Source of the DNA: Phaeosaccion multiseriatum
Taxonomy: Eukaryota > Protista > Ochrophyta, other classes
Direction of reading: 5' to 3'
Assembly (NCBI GenBank): GCA_965112735.1
Contig: OZ218961.1
Span: 930,001-994,000 of the forward strand
DNA length: 64,000 nucleotides
This document shows positions 33,785 through 55,064 of this stretch, piece after piece. The stretch's first letter is position 1. Each line of letters begins with the position of its first letter. Below the pieces are notes generated by a model that was given only the letters and a program-made list of their open reading frames with translations, ran no database searches and was not told where the DNA came from. The position numbers were made by a program, and so were the translations under genes.

Positions 33785-36667
33785 TGGGAGGTGACCAGGC
33801 GTCCTTCACGCTCAGTTTCTCTAAAAGCTCCGGCAACATCGTCGCACAGTACTATAACTTCATCCGGTAAGTCAGTGACGGACTGAATGACTCACTGACT
33901 GACTCACTGACTGAGGGAGTGGGTGAGCGAGTAAGCGAGTGAATTCCTGAGTACCAAAGAGTCGGTCAGTCAGTACGGAGTTGTCAGAGGGCAACGCTGG
34001 ATGGCACTGGATGGAAGCGGCGAGTTGCAGTTTCCGAGCCGAGGTCCTGTGAAGCGCGATGGTCCTCGGACCCCACTCGAAGCTTTCCCCCTTATCTTCA
34101 CCCCACCCTCTCTCTCTCTCTCTCTATCTATCTACGCGTTTGTTGTGTGTGCGTTTCGTCTCTTGCTCTGCGGCCCCACATACCTGTCCCTCCGTGCTGT
34201 ATCACCAACTGCTGTGCTGTGCTATATCTGTGCTGCGTCGACTTCCATGAAAGGCTTGGGCAAGTCCGGGTATTTCCAAGTCATGGTGCGTCCTGACACC
34301 ACTCGCCACTTTCTTGCTTACTTGCGTCCTTTCTTGTGCTGTCGAGATGTAATTAAGACTACAACGGTGCAGTCAACTTGCCGTCTGTGGTGGCGACGGC
34401 CACTACCCGTACACGACTGCCCAGTACGACTACAGAAACAGACCTGCTTGTGCCAGGGCCAACAGCAATCGATTGACGAGAGGCATGACATACAGTTTCA
34501 CACACCTCACAGCTCCTCCACTCTCTCTCTTTCTCTTCGCTTAATTGAGGCTTTGGTGGCATTTTCTGCTCAAACGAGTGAAGGTGAAGGCTCCTTCTTG
34601 CCTGACTTTCAGTGGAGGTCGGTCAGTCCCTCCAGACCATTCCTGTTCACTTGTGTCGCACCTTCACCGGTCCCTTGTAACTCTCCCTCTGTCTGTCGCT
34701 TCTCTCGCTACCGGTGGTGGGGCTCTTCTGTCCTTCTTCTCGTGATGTGATCAGCGCAACTGAATGGTAAGTGGGTGGGTGGGTGAGTGGGTGAGTGGGT
34801 GGGTGGGTGAGTGACTGGGTGAGTGACTGGGTGAGTGGGTGAGTGGGTGAGTGGGTGAGTGGGTGAGTGAGTGTGAGTAAGTGAGTGAGTGGGTGAGTGG
34901 GTGAGTGGGTGAGTGGGTGAGTGAGTAAGACAGTGAGTGAGATAGTGAGTGAGAAAATGAGTGAGTAAGTGAGTGAGTGTGAGTGAGTGAGTGGGTGAGT
35001 GGGTGAGTGGGTGAGTGAGTGTGTGAGTGAGATAGTGAGTGACTGGGTGAGTGGGTGAGTGGGTGAGTGAGTAAGTGAGTGAGATAGTGAGTGAGTATAA
35101 GTGAGTAAGTCAGTGAGTGAGTGTGAGTGAGTGGGTGGGTGAGTGGGTGAGTGGGTGAGTGAGTGAGGAAGTGGGTGATTGAGTGAGTGAGTGAGTGAGT
35201 GAGTGAGTAAGTGAGTGAGTGTGAGTGAGTGTGAGTGAGTGAGTGGGTGAGTGAGTTAGTGAGTGAGTGTATGCGTGAGCGATTGAGCGAGTGATGAGCG
35301 ATTGAGTGTGTGGGTGAGGGGTTGAGTGAGTGAGTGAGCAGCTCCAATCATGCCTTTGCCCCTCCTCTTTGTTGGCCAACCCCCCCCACTTGCTTCTCAC
35401 CCACGACTTTTCCCTCCCTTTTCGCTCCTCTCCCCTTGCCCGCCGCTGCGACGCGCCGTACTCAGGAGAATGCAGAGTTCTTGCGCTCGTCGCTCGTTAA
35501 GACGGTGAGCACACAAACACTACCTTCAAAGGATGGCATTGGATGGCTTGACTTACAACATAAGTACTGGATGAGAAACACACCCTCCCTCCCTCCCTCC
35601 CTCCCTCTCTCTTACCCCTCAGGGCATGGTGACCATCGTGGACAAGGCGCGCATCCCCGTGGTGGCGTAGAGTCTCACCACTGGCGCCAATTGCAGCGTA
35701 TTCGACCTCCAGGACAAGCTTCGCAACAAGGGATGGATAGTTCCGGCCTACACCTGCCCACAGGGCGCCACTGACATGGTGTGTGTTTGTGCGAGGGTGC
35801 ATGGGTGCGTGCGTGCGTGCGTGCGTGCGTGGGTGCGTGGGTGCGAGGGTGTGTGGGTGTGTGGGTGTGTGGTTGCGTGTGCGTGCGTGGGTGCGTGGGT
35901 GCGTGAGGGCGTGGGTGCGCGTCTGGGTGTGGATGAGAGGGTGGGCGAAGGCGCAAGAGGATTCTCCATAGGGCATGAGCCGGTCAGGATGCTCCGAGCT
36001 TCGTGCCATGAGTGCTCTACTTTCATCCAGCACCCTGGCGCAACTGACCTTCCCTCCTTTCTTCCCTCCCTCTCCTCCTCTCCTTTCCCCCTCTCTTTGT
36101 CCCTCCCTTCGTCGCCTCCTCTCCCTCACTCCTTCCCTCCCTGTCCCTCCCTCCCTCCCTCCCTCCCTCCCTCCCTCCCTCTCGCTGCCTCTCCTCACTC
36201 ACTCATACCCATTCACCCCCCTCCTCCCCCCAGGCCATCATGCGGGTGGTGGTGAAGGAGAACTTCTCGCGTGACTTGGCGGAAATGTTGATGAGCGACA
36301 TCCTCGCCGCCTTCTCCTTCTTCCAGCAGCACCCCACCACTCCCCTCGAGCTGGAGACGCCGGTGCGTGCGTGAGTGCGTGAGTGCGTGCGCGTGCGTGC
36401 GTCCGTGAGTGCGTGTACGTGTGTGTGTGTGTGTGTGCGTGCTTGTGTGTGTACGTGCGTGCGTGCGTGCAGGGCGCGTGCATGTGTGCGTGTGTGCGTA
36501 TGTGAGTCCGTAGTCTACGCCCGGGTTGTTTGCTTCGCGGGTTCGCCTTGCCTTGTGCACAGGTCGGCTCTGGACAGACACACACACATGCGCACATACA
36601 CACACGCACGCGCACAACGGCACACAGACACAGCCATAGACACGCACTCTCTCACACACTCTCTCTG

Positions 36668-36703
<36 letters not shown>

Positions 36704-36866
36704 TTTCCACCGACAATACCACCCCCATTGGCAGGCGAGGAAGAAACCCAAGGGGGTGCAGGAGAGGGGCGCCGCCGCCGCGAGCAAGGACCTTGGGCGG
36801 CTCCACTCACTTGGATCGGACGCAACGCACCGCCTCAGCGGAGAGAAGACCAACCGGGTGTGCTAA
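33785..36866 (+). pseudogene. GAD: 5'-truncated GAD pseudogene (last 7 exons only)
   Basis: Lacks the PLP-lysine exon and everything upstream. Nonsense changes TGT>TGA at 34761-34763 (in the micro-exon) and TGG>TAG at 35668-35670. Confidence 0.92.
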
Positions 36867-37893
36867 GTGGTGGAGGGAGGGGAGGGGGCAGCCGTAGGTA
36901 GGTATATGGGGCAGCTGTAGGTGTATGGGTTAGGAGGGAGCCTCGGCAGCAGAAGCAGCGGAGTAATAGCAGCAGTAGTGAGGAGCAGTCGCCAGTAGGA
37001 GCCAGAGCCCGGAGTGCGCTGAAGGTTCGAGAGGGAGGAAGGAGCAGAGGCGAGGCGAGAGTCTATTTCTTCAAGGGCGGGAGGGAGGGAGGGAGTATGC
37101 GAGTATGGGACCATTGACTGGATTCGGCGGGTGTGTGGCGGTGGCGGTGTGTGAGTGCAGGAGTGAGTGGGAGAGTGGGGCCCTCGCTTCTGCCCTTACA
37201 GGAGTAGTCCAGCGAGAAACAGTCCGGCGAGGAGCAGCCAGTCTGAAGGCTGAGCTGGACAGTGATGGGTAATGAGAGGAATGGATAGTGATGGGTAATG
37301 GGGGGAATGGCAACGAGCCAACAAGGAAGGGGGGAGGAGCGAACAGAGCAAGCACGGCTTGGCTGCCTTCGCTTTTGTAATTTCGACATGCTTTGAACTC
37401 TACTCGTTATATATATACACACATATATCCCCAGTCGCTTTTTCACACAAGCTTCACTTGAATTTGCAATGGGAGGTGGCTAGATCAGACTCTCCTCTTA
37501 TCTCTCACTGCGAGCCCCGCCGATAACGCTATATATCTGTAGCGTGTGTTACTTGCTGTCTCAAATCTGTAACCATTGTATAACCGCCTTTTTGGGCCGT
37601 TTCTTTTCGGACCCCACAGCGACAGCCCAGAGCGCTTCTGCGTCGCTAACTTTGGCCTCTTCAGATCCCAGGGGGCTCGTTACACCCATCCATCAAGACT
37701 CCGCCAATCCCGCCAAAGCGCCGGTCCATACAGTGCGACCACTCCTTGACACCGTAGCTGGGCTACAGTCACCTCATCTCCTCGACTCGTCTTCATCACC
37801 ATGAGCATCTCCCGCTTGACTTTAGTACTCTTCCTCCTCGGAGCCCTCATCCTCACGATCGTATTCGTCGCGCTTCGTGCGATAGAAACCCTT

Positions 37894-39804
37894 CTACTCA
37901 ATAATCCTCACTGCAAGGCCTCGGGGCAGCTGAGCAGGGAGCTCGAATCCCTTCCAAACCTCAAGTCGCTCCAGACCTGCAGGCAGATCCGATAGGGGCT
38001 GGTTATACTCCCTTCCCAGCTGCAGAGTCCGAAGAGAGGCAGGCAGGGTTAACGGATGATTAAACCTCGAGCCAGGGTCAAATCTCAGCTCCTTGAGCCC
38101 GTCCGGCAGATCCGATAGGGGCTGGTTATACTGCCTTCCCAGCTGCAGAGTCCGAAGAGTGGCAGGCAGGGTTAACGGATGATCAAAGCTCGACAAATAA
38201 ACAAATTTCAGCTCCTTGAGCCCGTCCGGTAGATCCGATAGGGGCTGGTTATACTCCTCTCCCAGCTCCAGAGTCTGAAGAGAGGCAGGCACGATAAACG
38301 GATGATTAAACTCCGACCCACCGGAAAATTCCTCCAGCCCGTCCGGCAGATCCGATAGGGGCAGGTCATACAGTCCCAGCTGCAGAGTCCGAAGAGAGGC
38401 AGGCAGAATCAACGGATGATTAAACTTCGACAACTCGTAAAATCTCAGCTCCTTGAGCCCGTCCGGCAGATCCGATAGGGGCTGGTCATACTCCTCTCCC
38501 AGCTCCAGGGTCCGAAGAGAGGCAGGCAGGGTTAACGGATGATTAAACTCCGACCACTTGAAAAATTTCAGCTCCTTGAGCCCGTCCGGCAGATCCGATA
38601 GGGGCTGGGTATAGTGCCATCCCAGCTCCAGAGTCCGAAGAGAGGTAGGCAGGGTTAATGGATGATTGAACTTTGAGTCACAGTCAAATTTCAGCTCCTC
38701 CAGCCCGTCCGGCAGATCCGATAGGGGCTGGTTATACTGTCCTCCCAGCTCCAGGGTCCGAAGAGAGGCAGGCAGGGTTTATGGATGATTAAACCTCGTG
38801 GCCCCGGCAAATTTCAGCTCCTTCAGCCCGTCCGGCAGATCCGATAGGGGCTGGTTATACTTCTCTCCGAGCGCCAGAGTCCGAAGAGAGGTAGGAAGGA
38901 TCAAGGCATGATTGAACTTCGAGTCATCGCAAAATCTCAGCTCCGTCAGCCCGTCCGGCAGATCCGATAGGGGCTGGTTATACTCCAGTCCCAACTGCAG
39001 TGTCCGAAGAGAGGTAGGGAGGATCAACGCATGATGAAACCTCGAGTCATCGCAAAATCTCAGCTCCTTCAGCCCGTCCAGCAGACTGAAATCTGTCTGC
39101 TGTGTGTACACACCCCCAAACGACACCTTCCGCAGCGATGGGGGGAGGTCCAAAGGATGATTGTAGTACACAGGATGAAAGCTCAACTCTCTCAAGGCTT
39201 GCGGAAGTTTGACCTCTTCCGAAAACTCTCTCCCAAAATGTACACTCTCCAGCCAGTCAGGAAGACGCAGGCCACGACAGTTGATATAATCTCCCAAGCG
39301 AACGTGCTTCACCGAGGGAGGGAGCACTCTCAGCCCTTCCTGAACAAGGGCAATGTCCGCCTTCTTCACTTCATCAGATGGCCAGGCCATATACCGACTG
39401 GAAAGACCCAGGCTCACAGCGACGACCCGAAACCATTTCCTTTGTCGGATGTTGTTACCTCCTCCTTCCTGCTGTTCCTCCTGGAGGCCTTGGCTCTGCC
39501 CCTCGTCAGGAGCAGATGATGCCCCTTCTTCCGACTGCGCGAGCTCAAACCGTTGCCGATGCTCGAGCATCTGTAGCATTCTCTCCTGCACAGCTTTCGG
39601 TACGTCTTTGTGTAGAACAAGTCGCCTCCCCGCTACTGCATCCACCTCTCTGCACAGGCCCCACAGACTCTTGCGGGAGCCCACATTGGCAGCCAAGAGA
39701 GTCAGCACCTCCACTCCATCCCAGTCATTGGGACCTTCTGAGCGCCGCTTTGAAGCACCAGATGGGAAGGTCTCGGCTGCTGCTCGTCTCTTGCCCGCCT
39801 CCAT
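37894..39804 (-). pseudogene. F-box-like/FNIP-repeat gene copy 3 with one in-frame nonsense codon
   Basis: ORFs 38779..39804 and 37894..38433 share a frame and the intervening repeats are open. TTA>TAA at 38779-38781 (NHP*T versus NHPLT). Confidence 0.85.
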
Positions 39805-40064
39805 CTCTTTCTTCCTCCCTCTCCGCCTATTACCCGAACAAGCAGACAGCGGGGCAGGCAGGGCGAGGGGTTGGAAGGGAGGTCGTCCGCCGTGTGCTCA
39901 CAATGCTCACACGGGATGGAGGATGAGGAAACCCGGGGGGAGGGTACGACCTCCCTTCCTTGACTTACGCGCTTTCACGCAGTTTCGCCGCCTCCGGAGA
40001 AAAAAAAGAAAGCTGCTCAAGGGGGGGTGGTGTGGCGTTTGGAAAGAACCAACAGGCACACATC

Positions 40065-49121
<9,057 letters not shown>

Positions 49122-50187
49122 GAGCTGAGAGGGAGGGAGGGAGGGAGGGAGGGAGGGAGGGAGGGAGGGACAGGGGGATGGCAGTGGATGGAGGGATGGA
49201 TGGAAGTGGATGGATGGAAGTGGATGCATGGATGGATGGATGGCAGGAAGGTGAGGGAGGGATGGCAGAGGATAGATGGATGGATGGATGATAGGGAGAT
49301 GGTGAGGGAGGGATGGCAGTGGATGGAGGGATGGCAGGGGCAAAGTCAATCAATGAGTCATTGGTCGAATGTGTGGGCGTGAGTGTGGGCGCGTGTAGAT
49401 ACGGGTGGGGTAGGAGGGGAAAGCGCAGTGCATCTCCTAAAAGGAACTTAGGAGATAGGGAAGTAGACAATAAGGAGGGTGTACTTCCATCTTACTTGCG
49501 TCTCTCAAGTTTGTAGGGATCAGATATTTTTTACTTGGTATTATGTTATTATTGGGGGAGAGATTGATCGATTGCTTAATTGATGATGTGCTACCGGCCG
49601 ATGAGCTGATGAGCACAGAGTCTGCGTGCCTGCCCTCTCTAATAATACATCCTTCAATTCGATCCCTCTACAGTGTAGCTACTTATGCCTTACGAAGGAG
49701 TGAGCGCGCTGCTGACGGCCTCGAGTGGAGCTCTTGTACTGGCCAGACAGAGGAGACATGGACACAGCCACGAGTGAGCGACCGGCCGAAGGAAACAGAT
49801 GTTGATGTGGCTGTTGCTGACACCCTTTCCCTCTCTTCATCCCTTCCTCGCTGACGGACCCGACGCTTCTTCCTGCTGGTGTCAGTACCGCTGCTTCTTC
49901 GCGCGCTGCCCCTCGCTGCCCCGCTTCCATACCTTCGCCCTGCCCGGCTGGTGAACAAAGTGGTGCTACGGCTACTCGAAGCGGTTCGGCCTGCTGAGGG
50001 TGGACTACGCCACGCGGGAGCGGATACCGAAGGACAGCTCTGACATCATGAGGCAAACACGCTTGGGCCGTACTATTATATTACAGAGCCTTTTTACAAG
50101 AAAATTGTGAAGTCAGTCCAAGCGACAAGGCCGTTGCCATACTTGAACATGCGGCGCTTCTTACTTGAACAGTCGCTTCTATAGTGC

Positions 50188-53100
50188 CTACATCCTCGTC
50201 CCTCCCTTGCATTTCAGGCCCATACCGAGAACTCTCTTCGCCTGCTTTTTGATACCTTTGTCCCCCTTGTGGTGCTTCATCGCCGCCAATGTTGCCTCCA
50301 CCGCACCCGCCTCGCCCATCTCTTCTTGGTGTCCTCGTCTACACCTAGATTCGCAACAGCCCTGCATGCCTCCTCTTGGACACCTCTGTCCTCTGCGTGC
50401 TTCACCATGGCCGTCACCACCGCCTCGCACGCACCCGCCTCGAGCAGTCTCTTCTTGTTGGCCTCGTTTCCATTGCTCAGATTCGCAACAGCCCTGCATG
50501 CCTCCTCTTGGACACCTCTGTCCTCTGCGTGCTTCACCATGGCCGTCACCACCGCCTTGCACGCACCCGCCTCGAGCAGTCTCTTCTTGTTGACCTCATC
50601 TACACCCAGATTCGCAACAGCCCAGCATGCCTGCTCTTGGACACCTCTGTCCTCTGCGTGCTTCACCATGGCCGTCACCACCGCCTCGCACGCACCCGCC
50701 TCGCCCAGTCTCTTGTTGTTGGTCTCATCTACACTCAGATTCACAACAGCCCTGCATGCCTGCTCTTGGACGCCACTGTGCTCTGCGCGCTTCACCATGG
50801 CCGTCACCACCGCCTCGCACGCACCCGCCTCGAGCAGTCTCTTCTTGTTGGCCTCGTTTCCATTGCTCAGATTCGCAACAGCCCTGCATGCCTCCTCTTG
50901 GACACCTCTGTCCTCTGCGTGCTTCACCATGGCCGTCACCACCGCCTCGCACGCACCCGCCTCGAGCAGTCTCTTCTTGTTGACCTCATCTACACCCAGA
51001 TTCGCAACAGCCCAGCATGCCTGCTCTTGGACACCTCTGTCCTCTGCGTGCTTCACCATGGCCGTCACCACCGCCTCGCACGCACCCGCCTCGTCCAGTC
51101 TCTCCCTGCTGGTATCATCTACACTCAGGTTCACAACAGCCCGGCATGCCCTGTATTGGACACCTCTGTCCTCTGCGTGCTTCACCATGGCCGTCACCAC
51201 CGCCTTGCACGCACCCGCCTCACCCAGTCTCTTCTTGTTACCCTCGTCTACACCTAGATTCCCAACAGCCCAGCATGCCATCTCTTGGACACCTCTGTCC
51301 TCTGCGTGCTTCACCATGGCCGTCACCACCGCCTTGCACGCACCCGCCTCGAGCAGTCTCTTCTTGTCGGCCTCGTTTCCATTGCTCAGATTCGCAACAA
51401 CCCCGCATGCCTTCTCTTGGACACCTCTGTCCTCTGCGTGCTTCACCATGGCCGTCACCACCGCCTTGCACGCACCCGCCTCACCCAGTCTCTTCTTGTT
51501 ACCCTCGTCTACACCTAGATTCCCAACAGCCCAGCATGCCTGCTCTTGGACACCTCTGTCCTCTGCGTGCTTCACCATGGCCGTCACCACCGCCTTGCAC
51601 GCACCCGCCTCACCCAGTCCCTTGTTGTTGGCCTCGTCTACACCTAGATTCCCAACAGCCCAGCATGCCTGCTCTTGGACACCTCTGTCCTCTGCGTGCT
51701 TCACCATGGCCGTCACCACCGCCTCGCACGCACCCGCCTCGCCCAGTCTCTCCATGTTGGTATCATCTACACTCAGATGCGCCACAGCCCAGCATGCCGG
51801 CTCTTGGACACCTCCGTCCTCTGCGTGCTTCCCCATAGCCATCACCACCGCCTTGCACGCACCCGCGTCGCCCAGTCTCTTCGTGTTGGTATCATCTGTA
51901 CTCAGATTCACAACAGCCCTGCATGCCTGCTCTTGGACACCTCTGTCCTCTGCGTGAGTCTTGTTCGTCATCACCACAGTCACAGCCTCGCACGCACCCG
52001 CAGCACCGAGCATGACCCCGACTTCCTCGTCGCTGGCCAGGTATATTACGACGTCAAGCCCTGCTAGTGCTACGTTCACGTCCCCAGCGTGCTTGGAGAG
52101 AGCTCGAATCACTTCCTTGCCCATCCCCGCCTGCGCAAGGGGCAAGGCCTCCTCAGCTGGACCGACACCGCCAGAGGAGGTGCTCGGATGGGGAAGGGCC
52201 GCGATGGCCTTGAGAGTGTGCTGCATCACTTCGCCCACTCCCTGGCCCTCGTAGCTCTGCAGGAGCGCCACCAAGACGCCGTACTCTCGCCCAGCAAGGG
52301 CGCTTGATATGTTCCTCTTCACCTCGTCCTTCCCACTGGGTGTAGACGATGCGCATCCCTGCTGCTGCTGGGGCGGCGGTGGCGGCACTGCTGGCCCCTG
52401 GAATGCAGCGAATCCTTGGTCCCGTGACTGGGGTACCGAAGAGGGAGAGCCAACTCGCCCTCGGGTTGCCTTGCTCTTACCGACAGCGTCCAATCTCCCC
52501 CCCTCCTGCCGCTTCCTTGCCTCATCATCCGTAGCTTGGGCATCCGCCTCTCTCTCGTCCTCCTGTTGCTGCTGGCGAAGCGATGCTGGGCGGATCCGGC
52601 GGCCACCATCTCCACGCGGGTCGCCTCTCTCCTCCACTATGGCGCCCAAAGCTTGCGAGACGTCGCTGCTGGAGGGTCGCTGGCCTGGGGCCTGCTGCCA
52701 GCACTGCCGCATGAGGTCTTCGATGCGCTTGTCCTCTACCACGCATGTCTCCGGGAGGAGGGGCCTTTTCTGCTTCACGGCCACCCTCGTACATATTTGA
52801 GCCTGAAGCAGTCCTTGAAAGGGAAGCTGGAAGGACAGCATCTCGTACATCACCATGCCGAAGCTGTGCAGGAGGGCACGGGCAGCAGTGAGCAAGGAGA
52901 CGAAGGAAGAGCGAAGCGTGTGAGCTAAAGTGGATCACAAGAAGTGACACTGTGCATTGGCGGCAGTCCGCCGAGGTAGAGAGGTGGCTCCTTAACGAAA
53001 GCTTCGGCATGCCAGCCCGGCCTGGGAGAGTACGACAGAAAACGAGAGGCACACACAACTCACCAAAAGGGCAAGTTCAAATGCAGCGTCCACTCAGCCA

Positions 53101-54506
53101 GCTTGCAAGCAAAGAAATACAGCCATTCACCCACACGCCGCCTCGCTCTCTGCCTCACCTGTAGACATCCGCGGCAGGGGTGCCCTTTTTCGCGTCCAAA
53201 ATCTCAGGAGCCATCCAATGATAAGACCCCACCGGCATTGCTCCAGCTGTGCTCATGGAGCTGCTGCCTGTCTTCATCTGACGGGCGAAAAAGGAGAACA
53301 GCGGACGGGGTGGGTAGGAGGTTGGGGCTGAGCGACACGTGGCTGCTGCGTCAGAGAAAGGCAGGCGAGGAAGTGGGCAGTAGGAGGGCAGCCCCAAACA
53401 GAGCCACCTGTACTATTTCTCTGCTGCTGCCTCTTCTCCGCCTCCCTTACCTTGGCCATGCCAAAGTCGCACACCTTGACCCTGTTGCTGTGGTACACGA
53501 GGAAGTTCAAGCTCTTGACGTCTCGGTGCAGCACGCCCTCCGCATGAAGATGCGCCAGGCCTCGCACACCGTCGTACAGCATCGCCACACGCTCATCCCA
53601 CGTCGACGGGAAGGCGTCTGGGCCTCCTTGCTGCTCTCCACTGCCGCACGTTGCAGCGTGCATCTGCAGATACTCGTACAAGCTTCGCTTTGGAGCGAGC
53701 TCCATCACCACGCACAGCGTGGGCTCCACTGTGCACGCGCCATAGAGAGGCACGATGAAGTCGTGGCGCAGCAAGTTGTGGACCTTGATTTCGTTGCGGA
53801 ACTCCTTCAGCTCTTTGGCGCTCAGAGCCGCGCCATTACTGGTGATCACCTTCACTGCCACTTTCGTCTCCCTCCACTTGGCAACTCTCACCGCCCCGAA
53901 GCTGCCCTGGCCCAAACACCCCGCCGCGCTGTAATCAAGCTCGAGATCGGAAAGGTCAATCTCTTTGAAGCCTAAGACCCTCTCCCCCGCCTGTAGTCGA
54001 CTCACCCTCAGCGCCTCCACCACCTGCGTGTACCGCTCGTCCATCATGCTCGTCTTCTCCTTCTCGTCCTCCAGGTCTTGTAGCAATTTGGTCATGTCCT
54101 CCTCTTCGTCCCTTTGACGGTGTGCCTCCTCCTGCTGTGCGGCAAGTCTCGCCCTCACCGTCTCGCTCAGCTGAAGGTGCTGTACACACTGATCAAGGCG
54201 ACGGTGGAATTCCGCAAAGACGCCAATATGTGCATTGGCGCGGCGCTGGATCTTCAACCACGTCCGAATTGCGGCATACTCACTGAGTTTCTCCTCAATC
54301 TCCCAGACCAGCGTACGCAGGTAGCGTAGGGCACTACCCCTCTCCTCCTCCCATACCCCCTCCCCTCTAAGAGCCTGCAGAGGCTCCTCCAGCATCGTGA
54401 GCCGGTCAGCGACGCGCTTACACTGCTTGGGGTAGCATTTGACCCGCTCTGCATGGTTTATGATTGCCTGTATGCTTGTGAACACCAGACTTACAAGCTC
54501 GTCCAT
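50188..54506 (-). CDS. MLKL-like N-terminal four-helix bundle + coiled-coil brace + TKL-type protein kinase + 13 tandem ARM repeats. Exons 54506-53451, 53277-53159, 52863-50277 (50188 if a 1-nt deletion is corrected).
   Basis: N-terminus MDELVSLVFTSIQAIINHAERVKCYPKQCKRVADRLTMLEEPLQAL...FAEFHRRLDQCVQHLQL. Kinase motifs GQGSFG, VAVK, HRDVKSLN, DFG, WMAPE, DVYSFG, RP. ARM unit HAEDRGVQExACxAVxNL...LxEAGACxAVVTAMVK. Confidence 0.88.
50290..51957 (-). repeat. Coding tandem array of 13 x 129/132-bp ARM repeat units with high DNA identity
   Basis: The block TTGGACACCTCTGTCCTCTGCGTGCTTCACCATGGCCGTCACCACCGCCTYGCACGCACCCGCCTC recurs with few changes in nearly every unit. Confidence 0.95.
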
Positions 54507-54649
54507 GGTGAGCACTACTAGGCTGGGCGATGGTCGTCCCTTCGCTGCACGTTGTGGTATATTTTGTCCTTGTCGTCCAAAAACCTCTGGGATCATTCTT
54601 GAGCTTTTTTCTGTGGTTTCGATCCGCGATCGTTCCCAACCATTTATTT

Positions 54650-55032
54650 CTGTGGTTTCGATTTCGCGGTTGAGAGAGGGCACTTTTGACGCCAATTAAT
54701 TTTTTTATTTTTTTGACGCCAAATGACGATTACTTTTGCCCCGTCGTTTGACGACGCTTGAGTCCCCTGTTTGACGCTCTTCGACGCACTTTGACGCACT
54801 TTGACGCCCTTTTATCTGACTTCGATCGTGCAATTTTCATCTGACTAACGAAGACGTTACGTAAATTAAGGCGAATTAAGATGAACGGGCGTGTCGTAGT
54901 GCGTCAAAGTGCGTCAAAGTGGGTCAAAGTGGGTCAAAGTGGGTCAAACAGGCGTTCAAAGGGGGTCAAAAAGGGTTTCAATCGCCGTCAAAGCAATCGT
55001 CATTTGGCGTCAAAAGTGCGACTCAACCCGCG
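54650..55032. mobile_element. Degenerate foldback MITE copy, inverted relative to its neighbour
   Basis: GATTTCGCGGTTGAG...TTTGACGC repeats...GCGTCAAA repeats...ACTCAACCCGCG. Internal AATTAAGGCGAATTAAGAT is the reverse complement of ATCTTAATTCGCCTTAATT in the next copy. Confidence 0.75.
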
Positions 55033-55064
55033 TTTTTTTCAAATTAAAAAACAATTAAAAATTA

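Noticed and set aside
30130-38781. Alternative genetic code suggested by in-frame TAA/TAG
   Set aside because: Conserved genes terminate normally at TAG (photolyase), TAA (GAD) and TGA (mannosidase). The internal stops at 35668 and 38779 are single-base changes relative to paralogues.
50269-51957. 562-aa plus-strand ORF and other overlapping ORFs
   Set aside because: Antisense shadow of the ARM repeat array, open because of repeat periodicity.
54507-54695. N-terminal extension MASKVPSLNR... of the kinase ORF
   Set aside because: It starts at a non-ATG codon inside the degenerate MITE. The first ATG matching the helical domain is at 54506.
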